Part shown: positions 43,401 through 58,200 of the stretch, piece by piece | Layout: each line of letters starts with the position of its first letter | Numbering within the stretch: the stretch's first letter is position 1 | DNA from: the human T2T-CHM13v2.0 reference genome, Homo sapiens | Length of the DNA: 64,000 bases | Assembly (NCBI RefSeq): GCF_009914755.1 | Contig: NC_060941.1 | Reading direction: 5' to 3' (one strand) | Made by a program: the position numbers and the translations under genes | Notes under the pieces: generated by a model | What the model was told of the DNA's origin: nothing | The model's database searches: none | Seen by the model: only the letters and a program-made list of their open reading frames with translations

Positions 43401-46400
43401 ATTGAATGGACTCAAAGGCAATGGCCTCGAATGAAATTTATTCGAATGGAATGGAATTGAATGGAATGCAATAGTATGGAATGCAATCGAATTGAATGTA
43501 CCAGAATGGAATAGACTGGAATAGAATGTATTTGAATGTAGTGGATTGCAATGTAATAGATGAGAATGGATTGGAATCGCATGGAATGGAATAGATTGGA
43601 ATGCAATGGAATGGAACGGAGTGGAATTGAATGGAATGGAATCGAATGGAATGGACTGGTATGAAATGGACTCGAATAGAATGGAGTGGAACAAAATGGA
43701 GTGGAATTGATTGGAATCGAACGAAGTAGAATGGAATAGAATTGAATGGAATTGAATGGAGTCGAATGGAATGGAATCGAATGGAATGGAATGGAATGGA
43801 ATGGCATGGAATGGAATGGAACTGAATGGAAATGAAAGGAATAGAATGGAATGGAGTGAAATGGAAAGATATCAAATGGCATGGAATGGAACTGAATGGA
43901 ATCGAATGGAATGGATTATAATGGAATGGACTAGAATGGAATGGACTGGAGTGGAATGGACTCGAATGGAATGGAAACGAATGGAATGTAATGGAATCAG
44001 ATGGAATGTAACGGAATGGAATGGAGTCGAATGGAATAGAATCGAATGTAATGGTGTTGAATGGAATGGAATGGACTCAAATGGAATGGACTCGAATTGA
44101 ATAGAATCAAATGAAATGGCCTGGAATGGAATGGAATGGAATGCAATGGACACAAAAGTAATGGACTCAAATGGAATGGACATGAAAGGAATGGACTCGA
44201 ATGGAATATATGCAAATAGAATGGAATCGAATGGAATGCAATTCTATTGAATGGAATTGAATGGAATGGACCAGAATGGAATTGACTGGAATAGAACAGA
44301 CTCAAGTGTAATGGATTGCAATCTAATTGATTGAAATGGAATCGAATCGAATGGAATGTAATCAAGTGGAATATAATGTAATGCAATGGAATGGAATAGA
44401 ATGGAATGTAATGGAATGGAATAGAATGGAATACAGCAGAATGGAACAGAGTGGAATCTAGTGGAATGGTAGCAAATGGAATGGAATCGAATGGAAATGA
44501 CTGGAAAGGAATGGACTCGAATGGAATGGATTAGAAAAAAATGGAGTCAAACAGATTGGAATCGAACGGAAATGAATGGATTGGAATGGAATGGATTCGA
44601 ATGGAATGGAGTTGAATTGAATGGAGTGGAATGGAATTTAATCGAATGGAATGGAATCAAATAGAATAGAATTGAATGGAATCCAAAGGAATAGGATGGA
44701 ATGGAGTGTAATAGAAATATATCCAATGGAATGGAATGGACTCGAATGGAATGGACTGGAATGGAATGGACTCGAAAGGAATGGACTGGAGTGGAATGCA
44801 CTTGAATCGAATGGAAACAAAAGGAAAGGAATGCAATGGAAAGGAATGGAGTGGAAAGAAATAGAATGGAATGGAATCGGATGGAATGGAATGGAATGGA
44901 TAGGAGTCAAATGGAAGAGAATCCAATGGAATGGCATTGAATTGAATGGCATCGAATGGAATCGAAAGAAATGGCATGGACTCTAATGTAATGGACTCGA
45001 ATGGAATAAAATAGAATGGAATGGCATGGAATGGAATGGAATGGAATGGAATGGCACCAAACGTAACGCACTCGAATGTAATGGACTCAAATACAATGGA
45101 CTCGAAAGGAATGGTCTCGAATTCAATTTATACAAATTGAACGGAATCGAATGGAATGCAATAGCATGGAATGGAATGGAATCGAATGGAACGGATTGGA
45201 ATGAAATGGACTGTAATAGAATGGACTTGAATGTAACGGATTGCAATGTAATTGATTCGAATGTAATGGAATCAAATGGAATGTAAACAAATGGAATTGA
45301 ATGGAATGCAATGGAATGGAATAGAATAGAATGCAATGGAATGGAAAGGAGTGGAATCGAGTGGAATAGAATCGAATGGAATGGAATCGAAAGGAATGGA
45401 CTCGAATGGAATGGACTCGAATTGAATGGACTGGAAAAAATGGAATCAAAAAGATTGGAATCGAACGGAACAGAATGGAATGAAATTTAAAGGAATGGAA
45501 TGGACTCGAATGGAATGGAGTCGAATGGAATGGAATCGAATGGAATGTAGTCTAATAGAATGGAATTGAATGCAATCAAAAGGAATAGAATGGAATGGAG
45601 TGTAATGGAAAGATATCGAATGGAGTGGAATGGACTCAAATGGAATGGACTGGAAAGGAATGGACTCAAATGCATTGGACTGGAGTGGAATGGACTGGAA
45701 TGGAATGGAAACGAATGGAATGGAATGGAATTGAAAGGAATAGAATGGAATGGAATCGGATGGAATGGAATGGAGTCGAATGGAGTAGAATCGAATGTAA
45801 TGGCATTGAATGGAATTGAAAGGAATAGAATGGAATGTACTCGAATGGAATAGAATAGAACGGAATTGCATCGAATGGAATGGAATGGAATGGAATTGAC
45901 AGAAAAGTAATGGACTCGAATGGAATGGACTCAAATAGAATGGACAGGAAATCAATGGTCTCAAAAGGAATTTATTCAAAGAGAATGGAATCGAATTTAA
46001 TGCAATAGTATGGAATGCAATCGAATGGAATGGACTGGAATGGAATGGACTGGAATGGAATGGACTCGAATGGAATAGATTGGAAAAAAATGGAATTGAA
46101 AGGATTGGAATCGAACGGAATGGAAGGGAATGGAATTGAATGGAATGGACTCGAATGGAATGGAGTCGACTGGAATGGAATCGAATGGAATGGAATCGAA
46201 TGGAATGGAATTGAATGGAATCGAAAGGAATAGAATGGAATGGAGTGTAATGGAAAGATATCGAATGGAATGGAATGGAATCGAATGGAATGGATTGGAA
46301 TGGAATGGACTGGAATGGAATGCATTTCAATAGAACAGACTCCAATGTAATGGATTGTAATATAATTGATTTGAATGGAATTGAAACGCATGGAATGTAA

Positions 46401-48900
46401 TCAAATGGAATGGAATGTTATGCAATGGAATGGAATAGAATGGAATGCAATGGAATGCTTTAGAATGGAATGCAATGGAATGGAACAGAGTGGAATGTAG
46501 TGGAATGGAATTTAATGGAAAGGAATCGAAATGAATGGACTGGAATTGAATGGACTTGAATGGAATGGACAGAAACAAAATGGAATTGAACGGATAGGAA
46601 TCAAACGGAACGGCATGGAAGGGAATGGAATGGGATGGACTCGCATGGAATGGAGTCGAATGAAATAGAAATGAATGGAATGGAATCGAATGGAATGGAA
46701 TTGAATGGAATCAAAAGGAATAGAATGGAATGGAGTTTAATGGAAAGATATGGAATGGAATGGAATAGAATGGAAAGGAGTGCAATGGAAATATATCGAA
46801 TGGAATGGAATGGAATGGACCTGAATGGAATGTACTGGAATGGAATGGATTCGAATGGAATGGAGTGGAGTGGAATGGGCTTGAATGGAATGGAAACGAA
46901 TGGAATGGAATGGAAAGGAATTGAATGGAATGGAATCAGATGGAATGAAATGGAATGGAATGGAGTCTAATGAAATAGAATCGAATGGAATGGCATCGAA
47001 TTGAATGGAATTTAATGGAAAGGAACGGACTAGAATGGAATGGACTTGAATGGAAAAGAATAGAATGAAAGGAAATCGAATGGAAAGGAATGGAATGGAA
47101 TGGAATGGAATGAACCCAAATGTAATGGACTCGAATGGAATGGACTCAAATAGAATGGACTCGAAAGGAATGGTCTCAAATGAATTTATTTGATTAGAAC
47201 GGAATCGAATGGAATGCAATTGTATGGAATGGAATCGAACAGAATGGAATCGAATGGAATGGACAGGAATGGAATGGACTGGAATAGAACGGACCCAAAT
47301 GTAATGGATTTCAATGTAATTGATATGAATGGAATGGAATCGGTTGGTAAGTAATCAAATGGAATGGAATGTAATGGAATGGAATAGAATGGAACGCAAT
47401 CGAATGGAACAGAGTGGAATCGAGTGGAATGGAATCAAATGAAATGGAATCCAATGGAATGGAATCGAATGTAGTGGACTCGAATGGAATGGAATGGAAA
47501 AAACTGGAATTGAACGGATTGGAATCAAAGGGAAAGGAATGGAATGGATTGGAATGGACTCGAATGGAATGGAGTCGAATGGAATAGAATTGAATGGAAA
47601 GGCATCGAATGGAATGGAACGGAATGGAATGGACTCGAATGGAGTGGACTCGAATAGAAGAGAATTGAAAGGAATGGCATGGCATGGAATGGAATGGAAT
47701 GGAATGGAATGGAATGGAATGGACCTAAAGGTAATGTACTCTAATGGAACGGACTCAGATAGAACGGACTTGAAAGGAATGGTCTTGAATGGAACTTATT
47801 CGAATAGAAAGGAATGGAATGGAATGCAAGATTATGGAGTGGAATCGAAAGGAAAGAATTGAATGGAATGGATCGGAATGGAATGGACTGGAATAGAATG
47901 GACTCAAATGTAATGGATTGTAATGTAATTGATATGAAATGAATGGAATCGAATGGAATGTAATCAAATGAAATAAAATGGCATGCAATAGAATGGAAGA
48001 GAATGGAATGCAATGGAATGGAATGGAGTGGAATCAAGGGGAATGCAATCGAATGGAATGGAAACGAATGGAATGGAATCAAATGGAATGGACTGAAACA
48101 AAATGGAATCGAACGGATTGGAATCAAATGGAACGGAATGGAATGGAATGCAATGGAATGGAATGGACTCGATTGGAATGGAGTTGAATGCAATGGAATC
48201 GAATGGAATGTAATCGAATAGAATGGAATTGAATTTAATCGAAAGAAAGAGAATGGATCAGAGTGCAATGGAATGATACCAAATGGAATGGAATGGAATG
48301 GAATGGACTCAAATGGAATGGAATGGAATGGCAAGGAATGGAATGGAATGGAATAGAATGGAATGGACTCAGGTGGAATGCAGTGGAATGGAATGGAATG
48401 GATTCAAATGGAATAGAATCAAACGGAATGGCGTCGAATTTAATGGAATGGAATGGAATGGACTCGAATGGAATGAAATTGAATGCAATAGAATGGAATG
48501 GAATGACATCGAAAGAAATGGAATGGAATGGAATGGAATTGAATGGACCCATATATAATGGACTTGAAAGGAAGGGACTCAAATAGAATGGATTGGAAAG
48601 TAATGGTCTCGAATGGAATTCATGCCAATAGAATGGAATAGAATGGACTGCAATAGTATGGAATGGAATCGAATGGAATGGAATCAAATGGAATGGACCA
48701 GAAAGAAAAGGACTGGAATAGAACGGACACGAATGAAATGGATTGCAATGTAATTGATTCGAATGGAATGGAATCAAATGAAATGTAATCAAATGGGATT
48801 GAATGGAATGCAATGGAATGGAATAGAATGGAATGCAATCGAATGGAATGGAGAGTAATCGGGAGGAATGGAATCGAATGGAATGGAATCGAATGGAATG

Positions 48901-49200
48901 GAATCGAATGGAATGGACTCGAATGGTATGGACTCGAATGGAATGGACTTTAAAGGAATGGTCTAGAATGGAATTTATTCAAATAGAATGGATTCGAAAG
49001 GAATGCAATTGCATGCAATGGAACCGAATGGAATGGAATCGAACAGAACGGAATCGAATGGAATGGACTCGAATGGTATGGACTCGAATGGCATGGACTT
49101 TAAAGAAATGGTCTAGAATGGAATTTATTCAAATAGAATGGAATCGAAAGGAAAGCAACTGTATGCAATGGAATCGAATGGAATGGAATCGAATGGAATG
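48901..49200 (+). repeat. 150-bp tandem duplication
   Basis: GAATGGTATGGACTCG...GGACTTTAAAG.AATGGTCTAGAATGGAATTTATTCAAATAG recurs at a 150-bp offset (48901/49051). Confidence 0.88.
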
Positions 49201-52200
49201 TAGCAGAATTGAATGGACTGGAATAGAACACACTTGAATGTAATGGATTGCAAAGAAATTGATTCCAACGGAATGCAATCGAATGGAATGTAATCTAATG
49301 GAATGGGATGGAAGGCAATGGGATGGAATAAAATGGAATGCAAAGGAATGGATTGGAGTGGAATCGAGTGTAATGGAATTGAAAGGAATGGAATTGAATG
49401 GAATGTAATCTAATGGAATGGAATGGAAGGCAATGGGATGGAATACAATGGAATACAATGGAATGGATTGGAGTGGAACTGAGTGTAATGGAATCGAACG
49501 GAATGGAATATAATGGAATGGAATTGAATGGAATCGAATGGAATAAAATGGAATGGAGCATAATGGAAACATATCGAAAGGAATGTAATTGAATGGAATG
49601 GAATGGAATGGAATTCAATATAATAGAATGGAATGGAGCGTAATGGAAACATATCAAATGGAATGCAATGGAATGGAGTGGACTCTAATGGGATGGACTG
49701 GAATGGAATGGACTTGAATGGAATGGGATGGAGTAGAATGGACTCGAATGTAATGGAAGTGAAAGGAATGGAATGGAATGGAATGGAATGGAACGGAAAG
49801 GGATAGAATGGAATGGAATTGGATGGGACAGAATGGATGGGAATGGAGTCGAATGGAAGAGATTCAAATGGAATGGCATTGAATGGAGTTTAATGGAATG
49901 GAGTGGAATGGAATGGAATAGAATCGAATGGAATGGCAACGAATGGAATGGAATGGAACGGAATGGAACGGAATGGAATGGAATGGAAGCGAATGGAATG
50001 GAATGGACCAAAATGTAATGGAATCGAATGGAATGGACTCAAATACAATGGACTCGAAAGGAATGGTCACGAATGGAATTTATTCTAATAGAATGGAGTC
50101 GAATGGAATGCAATAGTATGGAATGGAATCGAAAGGAATGGTATCGAATGGAATGGACTGTAATGGAATGGACTGGAATAGAATGGACCCAAATGTAATG
50201 GACTGCAACGTAATTTATTCAAATGGAAAGGAATCGAGTGCAATGTAATCAAATAGAATGGAATTGAATCCAATAGAATGGAATAGAATTGAATGCAATG
50301 GAATGGAATGGAGTGGAATTGAGTGGAATGGATTCGAATGGAATGGAGTTCAATGGAATGGACTCGAATGGAATGGACTGGATTGGAATGGACTCCAATG
50401 GAATAGAAAAGAATGGAATGGATTGGCATGGAATGGAAAGGAATAGAACGGAATGAAATCGGCTGGAACGGAATGGAATTGAATGGAGTCAAATGGAATA
50501 GAATTGAATAAAATGGAATGGAATGGAATGGAACGGACACCAATGTGATGGACTCGAATGGAATAGAATCAAATGGAATGACATTGAATGGAATGTAATG
50601 GAAGGGAAAGGAATGAAATGGAAGGGACCCAAATATAATGGACTCGAATGGAATGGACTCAAATAGAATGGACTCGAAAGGAATGGTCACAAATGAATTT
50701 ATTCGATTAGAATGGAATCGAATGGAATGCAACAGTATGGAATGGAATCGAAGGGGATGGAATCGAACGGAATGGACTGGAATGAAAGGGACTGGAATAG
50801 AACGAACTAAAATGTAATGGATTGCTATGTAGTTGATTTGAATGAAATGGAATCGAATGTAATGTAATCAAATGGAAAGGAATACAATGCAATTGAATGG
50901 AATAGAATGGAATGCAATGGAATGGAATGGAATGGAGTGGAATCGAGTGGAATGGAGTCGAATGAACTGTAATCGAATGAATTGGAATCGAATGGAATGG
51001 ACTCGAATGGAATGGGCTGGAAAAAATGGAATCAAACAGAGTGGAATCGATCAGAGCGGAATGGAATGCAATGGAATGGAATGAAGTCATAAGAAAGGGA
51101 GTCAGATGGAATGGAATTGAATGGAAAGGAATTGAATGGAAAGGAATTGAATGGGATCAAAAGGAATAGAATGGACTGGAGTGTAATGGAAAGTTATCGA
51201 ATGGAATGGAATGGAATGAAATGGAATGGACTCGAATGGAATGGAATCGAATGGAATGGACTCGAATGGAATGGACTGGAGTGGAATGGACTCGAATGGA
51301 ATGGAAATGAATGGAATGGAATGGAATGGACAGACGGAATGGAATGGAATGCAATGGAGTCGAATGAATGGAATCAAAAGGAATGACATCGAATGCAATG
51401 GAATGGATTGGAATGGAATTGAATGGACTCGAATGGACTGTCATCGAATGGAATGGAATGGAATGGAATGGACCCAAATGTAATAGACACAAGTGAAATG
51501 CACTCAAATTCAATGGACTTGAAAGGAATCGTCTCGAATGGAATTTATTCGAATAGAATGGAATCCAATGGTATGGAATGGAATCAAATGGAATGGAATC
51601 GAATGGAATGGACCGGAATGGCATGGACTGGAATAGAACAGACTCGAATGGAATGGATTGCAATGTAATTGATTTGAAAGGAATGGACTCAAATGTAATG
51701 TAATCAAATGGAATGGAATGGAATGCAATGGAATGGAAGAGAACCGAATGCATTGGAATGGAATGGAGTGGAATGAAGTGGAATGGAATTGAATGGAAGG
51801 GAATCGAATGGAATGGAATCGAATGGAATGGACCGCAATGGAATGGACTCAAATGGAATGGGCTGCAACAAAATGGAATCTAATGGATTGGAATCGAACG
51901 GAACGGAATGGAATGGAATGGAATGTACTCAAATGGAATGGAATTGAAAGGAACAGAATGGAATGCAGTGTAACAGAAAAATATCGAATGGAATGAAATG
52001 GAATGGAATGGACTCGAATGGAATAGATGGGAAAAGAATGGACTCGAATGGAATGGACTGGAATGGAAAGGACTCGAAAGGAATGTAAACGAATGGCATG
52101 GAATGGAATGGAATGAAAGGGAAAGGAATATAATGGAATGGAATCGGATTGAATGGAATGGAATGGAATGGAGTCAAATGGAATAGAATCGAATGGAATG

Positions 52201-55200
52201 GCATCGAATGGAATGGAATAAAATGGAATGGAATGAACTCGAATGGAATAGAATCAAATGGAATGGCATCAAATGGAATGGAAAGGATTGGAATGGAATG
52301 GAATGGATCCAAATGTAATGGACTCGAATGAAATGTACTCAAATAGAATGCAATAGAAAGGAATGGTCTCGAATGGAACTTATTCGAATAGAATGGAATC
52401 AAATGGAATGCAATAGTATGGAATGGAATTGAATTGAATCGAATCGAATGGAACGGACTGGAATGGAATGGACTTGAACAGAACGAACTGGAATGAAATG
52501 GATTGCAATGTAATTGACTCGAGTGGAATGGAATCAAGTGGAATGGAATCAAATGGAATGGAATGGAATGCATTGGAATGGAATAGAATGTAACGAAGTA
52601 GAATGCAATGGAGTGGAATGGAGTGGAATGGAATCGAATGGAATGTAATCATATGGAATGGAATCGAAGGGAATGGACTGGTATGGAATGGACTAGAATG
52701 GAATGGACAGGTACAAAATGGAATGGTAAGGATTGGAATCGGATGGAACGGAATGGAATGGAATGGAATGGACTCGCATGGAATGGAGTCAAATGGAATG
52801 GAATCAAATGGTATGAAATTGAATGGAATCAAAAGAATAGAATGGATTGGAGTGTAATGGAAAGATACCGAGTGTAATGAAATGGAATGGAATGGACTCG
52901 AATGCAATGGACTGGAATGGAATGGACTGCAGTTGAATGGACACAAATGGAATGGAAAGGAATGGAATGGAATGGAAAGGAATACAATGGAATGGAATCC
53001 GATGGAATGGAATGGAATGGAGTCGAGTGGAATAGAATCGAATGGAATGGCAATGAATGGAGTGGAATGGAATGGAATGGAATGGACTCTAATGTAATGT
53101 TCTCTAATGGAATAACACTGAATGTAATGGCATCAAATGGAATGGAATGGAATGGACCCAAATGTAATGGATTTGAATGGAATGGACTCAAATAAACTGG
53201 ACTCGAACGGAATGGTCTAGAATGGAATTTACTCGAATAGAATGGAATAGAATGGATTGAAATAGTATGCAATGGAATCAAATGGAATGGAATAGAATGG
53301 AATGGACCAGAATGGAACGGACTGGAATAGAACGGACTTGAATGTAATGGATTGAAATGTAATTGATTTGAATGGAATGGAATTGAATGCAATGTAATCA
53401 AATGGAATGGAATAGAATTCAATGGAATGGAATAGAATGGAATGCAATGAAATGGAACCGAGTGGAATCGAGTGGAATGGAATCGAATGGGATGGAATCG
53501 AATGGAAAGGAATGAAATGAAATGGACTGGAATGGAATGGACTCGAATGGAATGGACTGGTACAAAATGGTATCGAACTGATTAAAATCAAACGGAACAG
53601 AATGGAATGGAATGGAGTTGAACGGAATGGAATTGAATGGAATGGAATTGAAAGTAAATGAAAGGAATAGAACGGAATTGAGTGAAATGGAAAGATATTG
53701 AATGGCATGGAATGGAATTGAATGGACTCAAATTGAATGGACTATAATGGAATGGACTCGAATGGAATGGAATGGAGTGGAATGGACTCGAATGGAATGG
53801 AAATCAATGGAATGGAATCGAATCGAATGGAAAGCAATGGAATGGAATGGAGTCGAATGGTAAAGAATTGAATGTAATGGCGTCGAATGGAACGGAATGG
53901 ACTCAAATGGAATGGACTCGAATTGAATAGAATCAAATGGAATGGCATTTAATGGAATGGAATGGAATGGAACCAAATGTAATGGACTCAAGTGGAATGG
54001 ACTCAAATGGAATGGACACGAAGGGAATGGTCTCGAATGGAATATATGCAAATAGAACGGAATCAAATGGAACGCAATACTTTGGAATGGAATGGACCGG
54101 AATGGAATGGACTGGAATAGAACGGACTCTAATATATTGGACTGCAATCTAATTGACTCAAATGGAATGGAATCAAATGGAATGTAATCAAATGGAATTT
54201 AATGTAATACAATGGAATGGAATAGAATGGAATGCAATGGAATGGAACGGAGTGGAATCGAGTGGAATGGAAGCAAACGGAATGGAATCGAATGGAATTG
54301 ACTGGAATGGAATGGAATCGAATGGAAAGGATTGGAACAAAATAGAGTCAAACGGATTGGAATCGAACGGAAATGAATGGAAAGGAATGGAATACAATGG
54401 ACTCGAATGGAATGGAGTCGAATGGAATGGAATCCAATGGAATGGAATCAAATAAAATGGAAGTGAATGGCATCGAATGGAATAGAATGGAATGGAGTGT
54501 AATGGAAAGATATCAAATGGAATGGAATGGAATGGAATGGAATGGAATGGACTCGAAGCGAATGTACTGGAATGGAATGGACTCGAATGGAATGGACTGG
54601 CGTGGAATGGACTCGAATGGAATGGAAACAAAAGGAAAGGAATGGAATGGAAAGGAATGGAATGGGAAGGAATAGAATGGAATGAAATTGGATGGAATGG
54701 AATGGAAAGGGGTGAAAAGGAATAAAATTCAAAGGAATGGCATCGAATGCAATGGCATCGAATGGAATGGAATGGAATGGCATGGACTCGAATCTAATGG
54801 ATTCGAATGGAATGGAATGGAAAGGAATGGAATGGAATGGAATGGACCCAAATGCAATGGACTCGAATGGAATGGTCTCAAATAGAATGGACTCAAAAGC
54901 AATGGTCTCGAATGGTATTTATACGAATAGAATGGAATCAAATGGAATGCAATAGAATGAAATGGAATCGAATGGAATGGAATCGAATTGAATGGAACGG
55001 AATGGAATTGACTGGAATAGAATGGACTCGAATGTAAAAGATTGGAATGTAATTGATTCGAATGGAATGGAATCGAATGCAATGTAAACAAATGGAATTG
55101 AATGGAATGCATTGGAATGGAATAGAATGGAATGCAATTGAATGGAACAGAGTGGAATTGAGTGGAATGGAATCGAATGGAATAGAATCGAATGTAATGG

Positions 55201-58200
55201 ACTGGAATGGAATGGAGACGAATGGAATGCAATCTAATGGAATGCAATCTAATAGAAAGGAATTGAATGCATTCAAAAGGAATAGAATGGAATGGAGTGT
55301 AATGGAAAGATATCGAATGGAATGGAATGGAATGGAATGGACTCAAACGTAATGGATTGGAATGGAATGGACTCGAATGGAATAGACTGCAGTGGAATGG
55401 ACGGAAATGGAATGTAAACGAATGGAATGGAATGGAATTGAAAGGAATACAATATAATGGAATTGGATGGAACAGAATGGAATTGAATGGAGTCGAATGG
55501 AATAGAATATAATGGAATGACATAGAATGGAACGGAAACTAATGGAATGGAATGGACTCGAATGGAATGGACTCGAATGGAATAGAATAGAATGGAATGG
55601 TATCGAATGGAATGGAATTGACCCAAATGAAATGGACTCGAATGGAATGGAATCAAATAGAATGGACTTGAAAGCAATGGCCTCGAATGGAATTTATTCA
55701 AATAGAATGGAATCGAATGGAATGCCATAGTATGGAATGGAATTGAATGGAATATACCGCAATGGAATGCACTGGAATAGAAAGGACACTGGAATAGAAA
55801 GGACTCGAATGTAATGGATTCCAATGTATTTGATTCAAATGGAATGGAATCGAAAGTAATGTAATCAAATGGAATGTAATGGAATGCAATTGAATGGAAT
55901 AGAAAGGAATGCAATGGAATGGAACGGAGTGGAATAGAGTGGAATGGAATCGAAAGGAATGGAATCGAATGGAATGGACTGGAATGGAGTGGACTCGAAT
56001 GGAATGGACTGGAAAAAAATGGAATCGAACGGATTGGAATGGAATGGAATGGAATGGAATAGAATGGACTCGAATGGAATGGAGTTGAATGGAATGGATT
56101 CAAATGGAATGGAATCCAATGGAATGGAATTGAATGTAATCGAAAGGAGTAGAATGGAATGGACAGTAAAGGAAAGATATCAAATGGAATGGAAAGGACA
56201 CGAATGGAATAGATTGGAATGGAATGGACTAGAATGGAATGGACTTGAGAGGCATGGATACGAATGGATTGCAATGGAACGGAATGGACTGGAACAGAAC
56301 GGACTCCAATTTAATGGATTGCAATATAATTTGTTTGAATGGAATGGAATCAAATGGAATGTAATCAAATGGAATCGAACGGTATGCAATGGAATGGAAT
56401 AGAATGGAATGCAATGGAATGGAACGGAGTGGAATTGAGTGGAATGGAATTTAATGGAATGGAATCAAATTGAATGTACTGGAACGGAATGGACTCAAAT
56501 GGAATGGACAGGAAAAAAATGGAATCGAATGGATTGGAATTGAATGGAACGGAATGAAATGGAATGGAATGGACTCGAATGGAATGGAGATGAATGGAAT
56601 GGAGATGAATGGAATGGAAACGAATGGAATGGAATTGAATAGAATGGAATTGAATGGAATCGAAAGGAATAGAAAGGAATGGAGTGTAATGGAAAGAATT
56701 GAATGGAATGTAATACAATGGAATGGAGTGTAATGGAAAGATATCGATTGGAATGGAATGGACCCGAATGGAATGGACTGGAATGGAATGGATTCGAATG
56801 GACTTTACTGGAGTGGAATGGACACGAATGGAATGGAATGGGATGGAATAGAATGGAATGGAATCGGATGGAGTGGAATGGAATGGAATGGAGTCAAATG
56901 GAGTAGAATAGAATGGAATGGCATTGAATGGAATGGAATGGAATGGAAAGGAATGGACTCGAATGGAATAGAACAGAATGGAAAGGCTTCGAATGGAAAG
57001 GAATGGAATGGAATGGAATGGAATGGACCCAAATGTAATGGACACGAATGGAATGGGTTCAAATACAATGGACTCAAAAGGAATAGTCTCGAATGAATTT
57101 ATTCCATTTGAATGGAATTGAATGGAATGCAACTGTATGGAATGGAATCGAAGGGAATGGAATTGAATGGAATGGACCGGACTGGAATGGACTGGAATAG
57201 AACTAACACAAATGTAATGGATTTCAATGTAATTGATATGAATGGAATGGAATCGGTTGGAATGTAGTCAAATGGAATGGAATGTAACGCTATGGAATGG
57301 AATAGAATGGAATGCAATCAAATGGAACGGAGTGGAATCGAGTTGAATGGAATCGAATGAAATGGAATCCACTGGAATGGAATCGAATGTAATGGACCCC
57401 ATTGGAATGGAATGGAAAAAATGGAATCATATAGATTGGAATCGAACAGAACGGAATGGAATGGAATGGAATCGAATCGAATGGAATGGAGTCGAATGGA
57501 ATAGAATTGAATGGAATGGCTTTGAATGGAGTGGAACAGAATGGAATGGACACGAATGGACTGGATTCGAATGGAATAGAATGGAATGGAATTGAATGCA
57601 ATGGACCTAAATGTAATGGAATCGATTGGAATGGACTCAAATAGAACGGATTTTAAAGGAATGGTCTCGAATGGAACTTATTCGAATAGAAAGGAATGGA
57701 ATGGAATGCAATAGTATGGAATGGAATCGAATGGAATGGACCAGAATGGAATGGACTGGAATAGAAAGGACTCGAATGTAATGGATTGCAATGTAATTGA
57801 TTCAAATGGAATGGAATCGAATGGAATGGAATCGAATTTAATGGACTGGAATGGAAATGACTGGAACAGAACGGACACGAATGGAATGGATTGCAATGTA
57901 ATTTACTCGAATGGAATGGAATCCAATGGAATGTAATACAATGGAATAGAAGGGAAGGCAATGGAATGGAATAGAATGGAATGCAATGGAATGGAACGGA
58001 GGGGAATTGAGTGGAATGGAATCGAATGAAATGGAATCAAATGGAATGGAATCCAATGGAATTGACTGTAATGGAGTGGAATCAAATGGAATGGACTGGA
58101 ATAAAATGGAATCGAATGGATTGGAATCAAATGGAATGGAATGGAATGGACTCGAACAGAATGGAGTCGAATGAAATGGAATCAAAAGGAATGCAATCAA

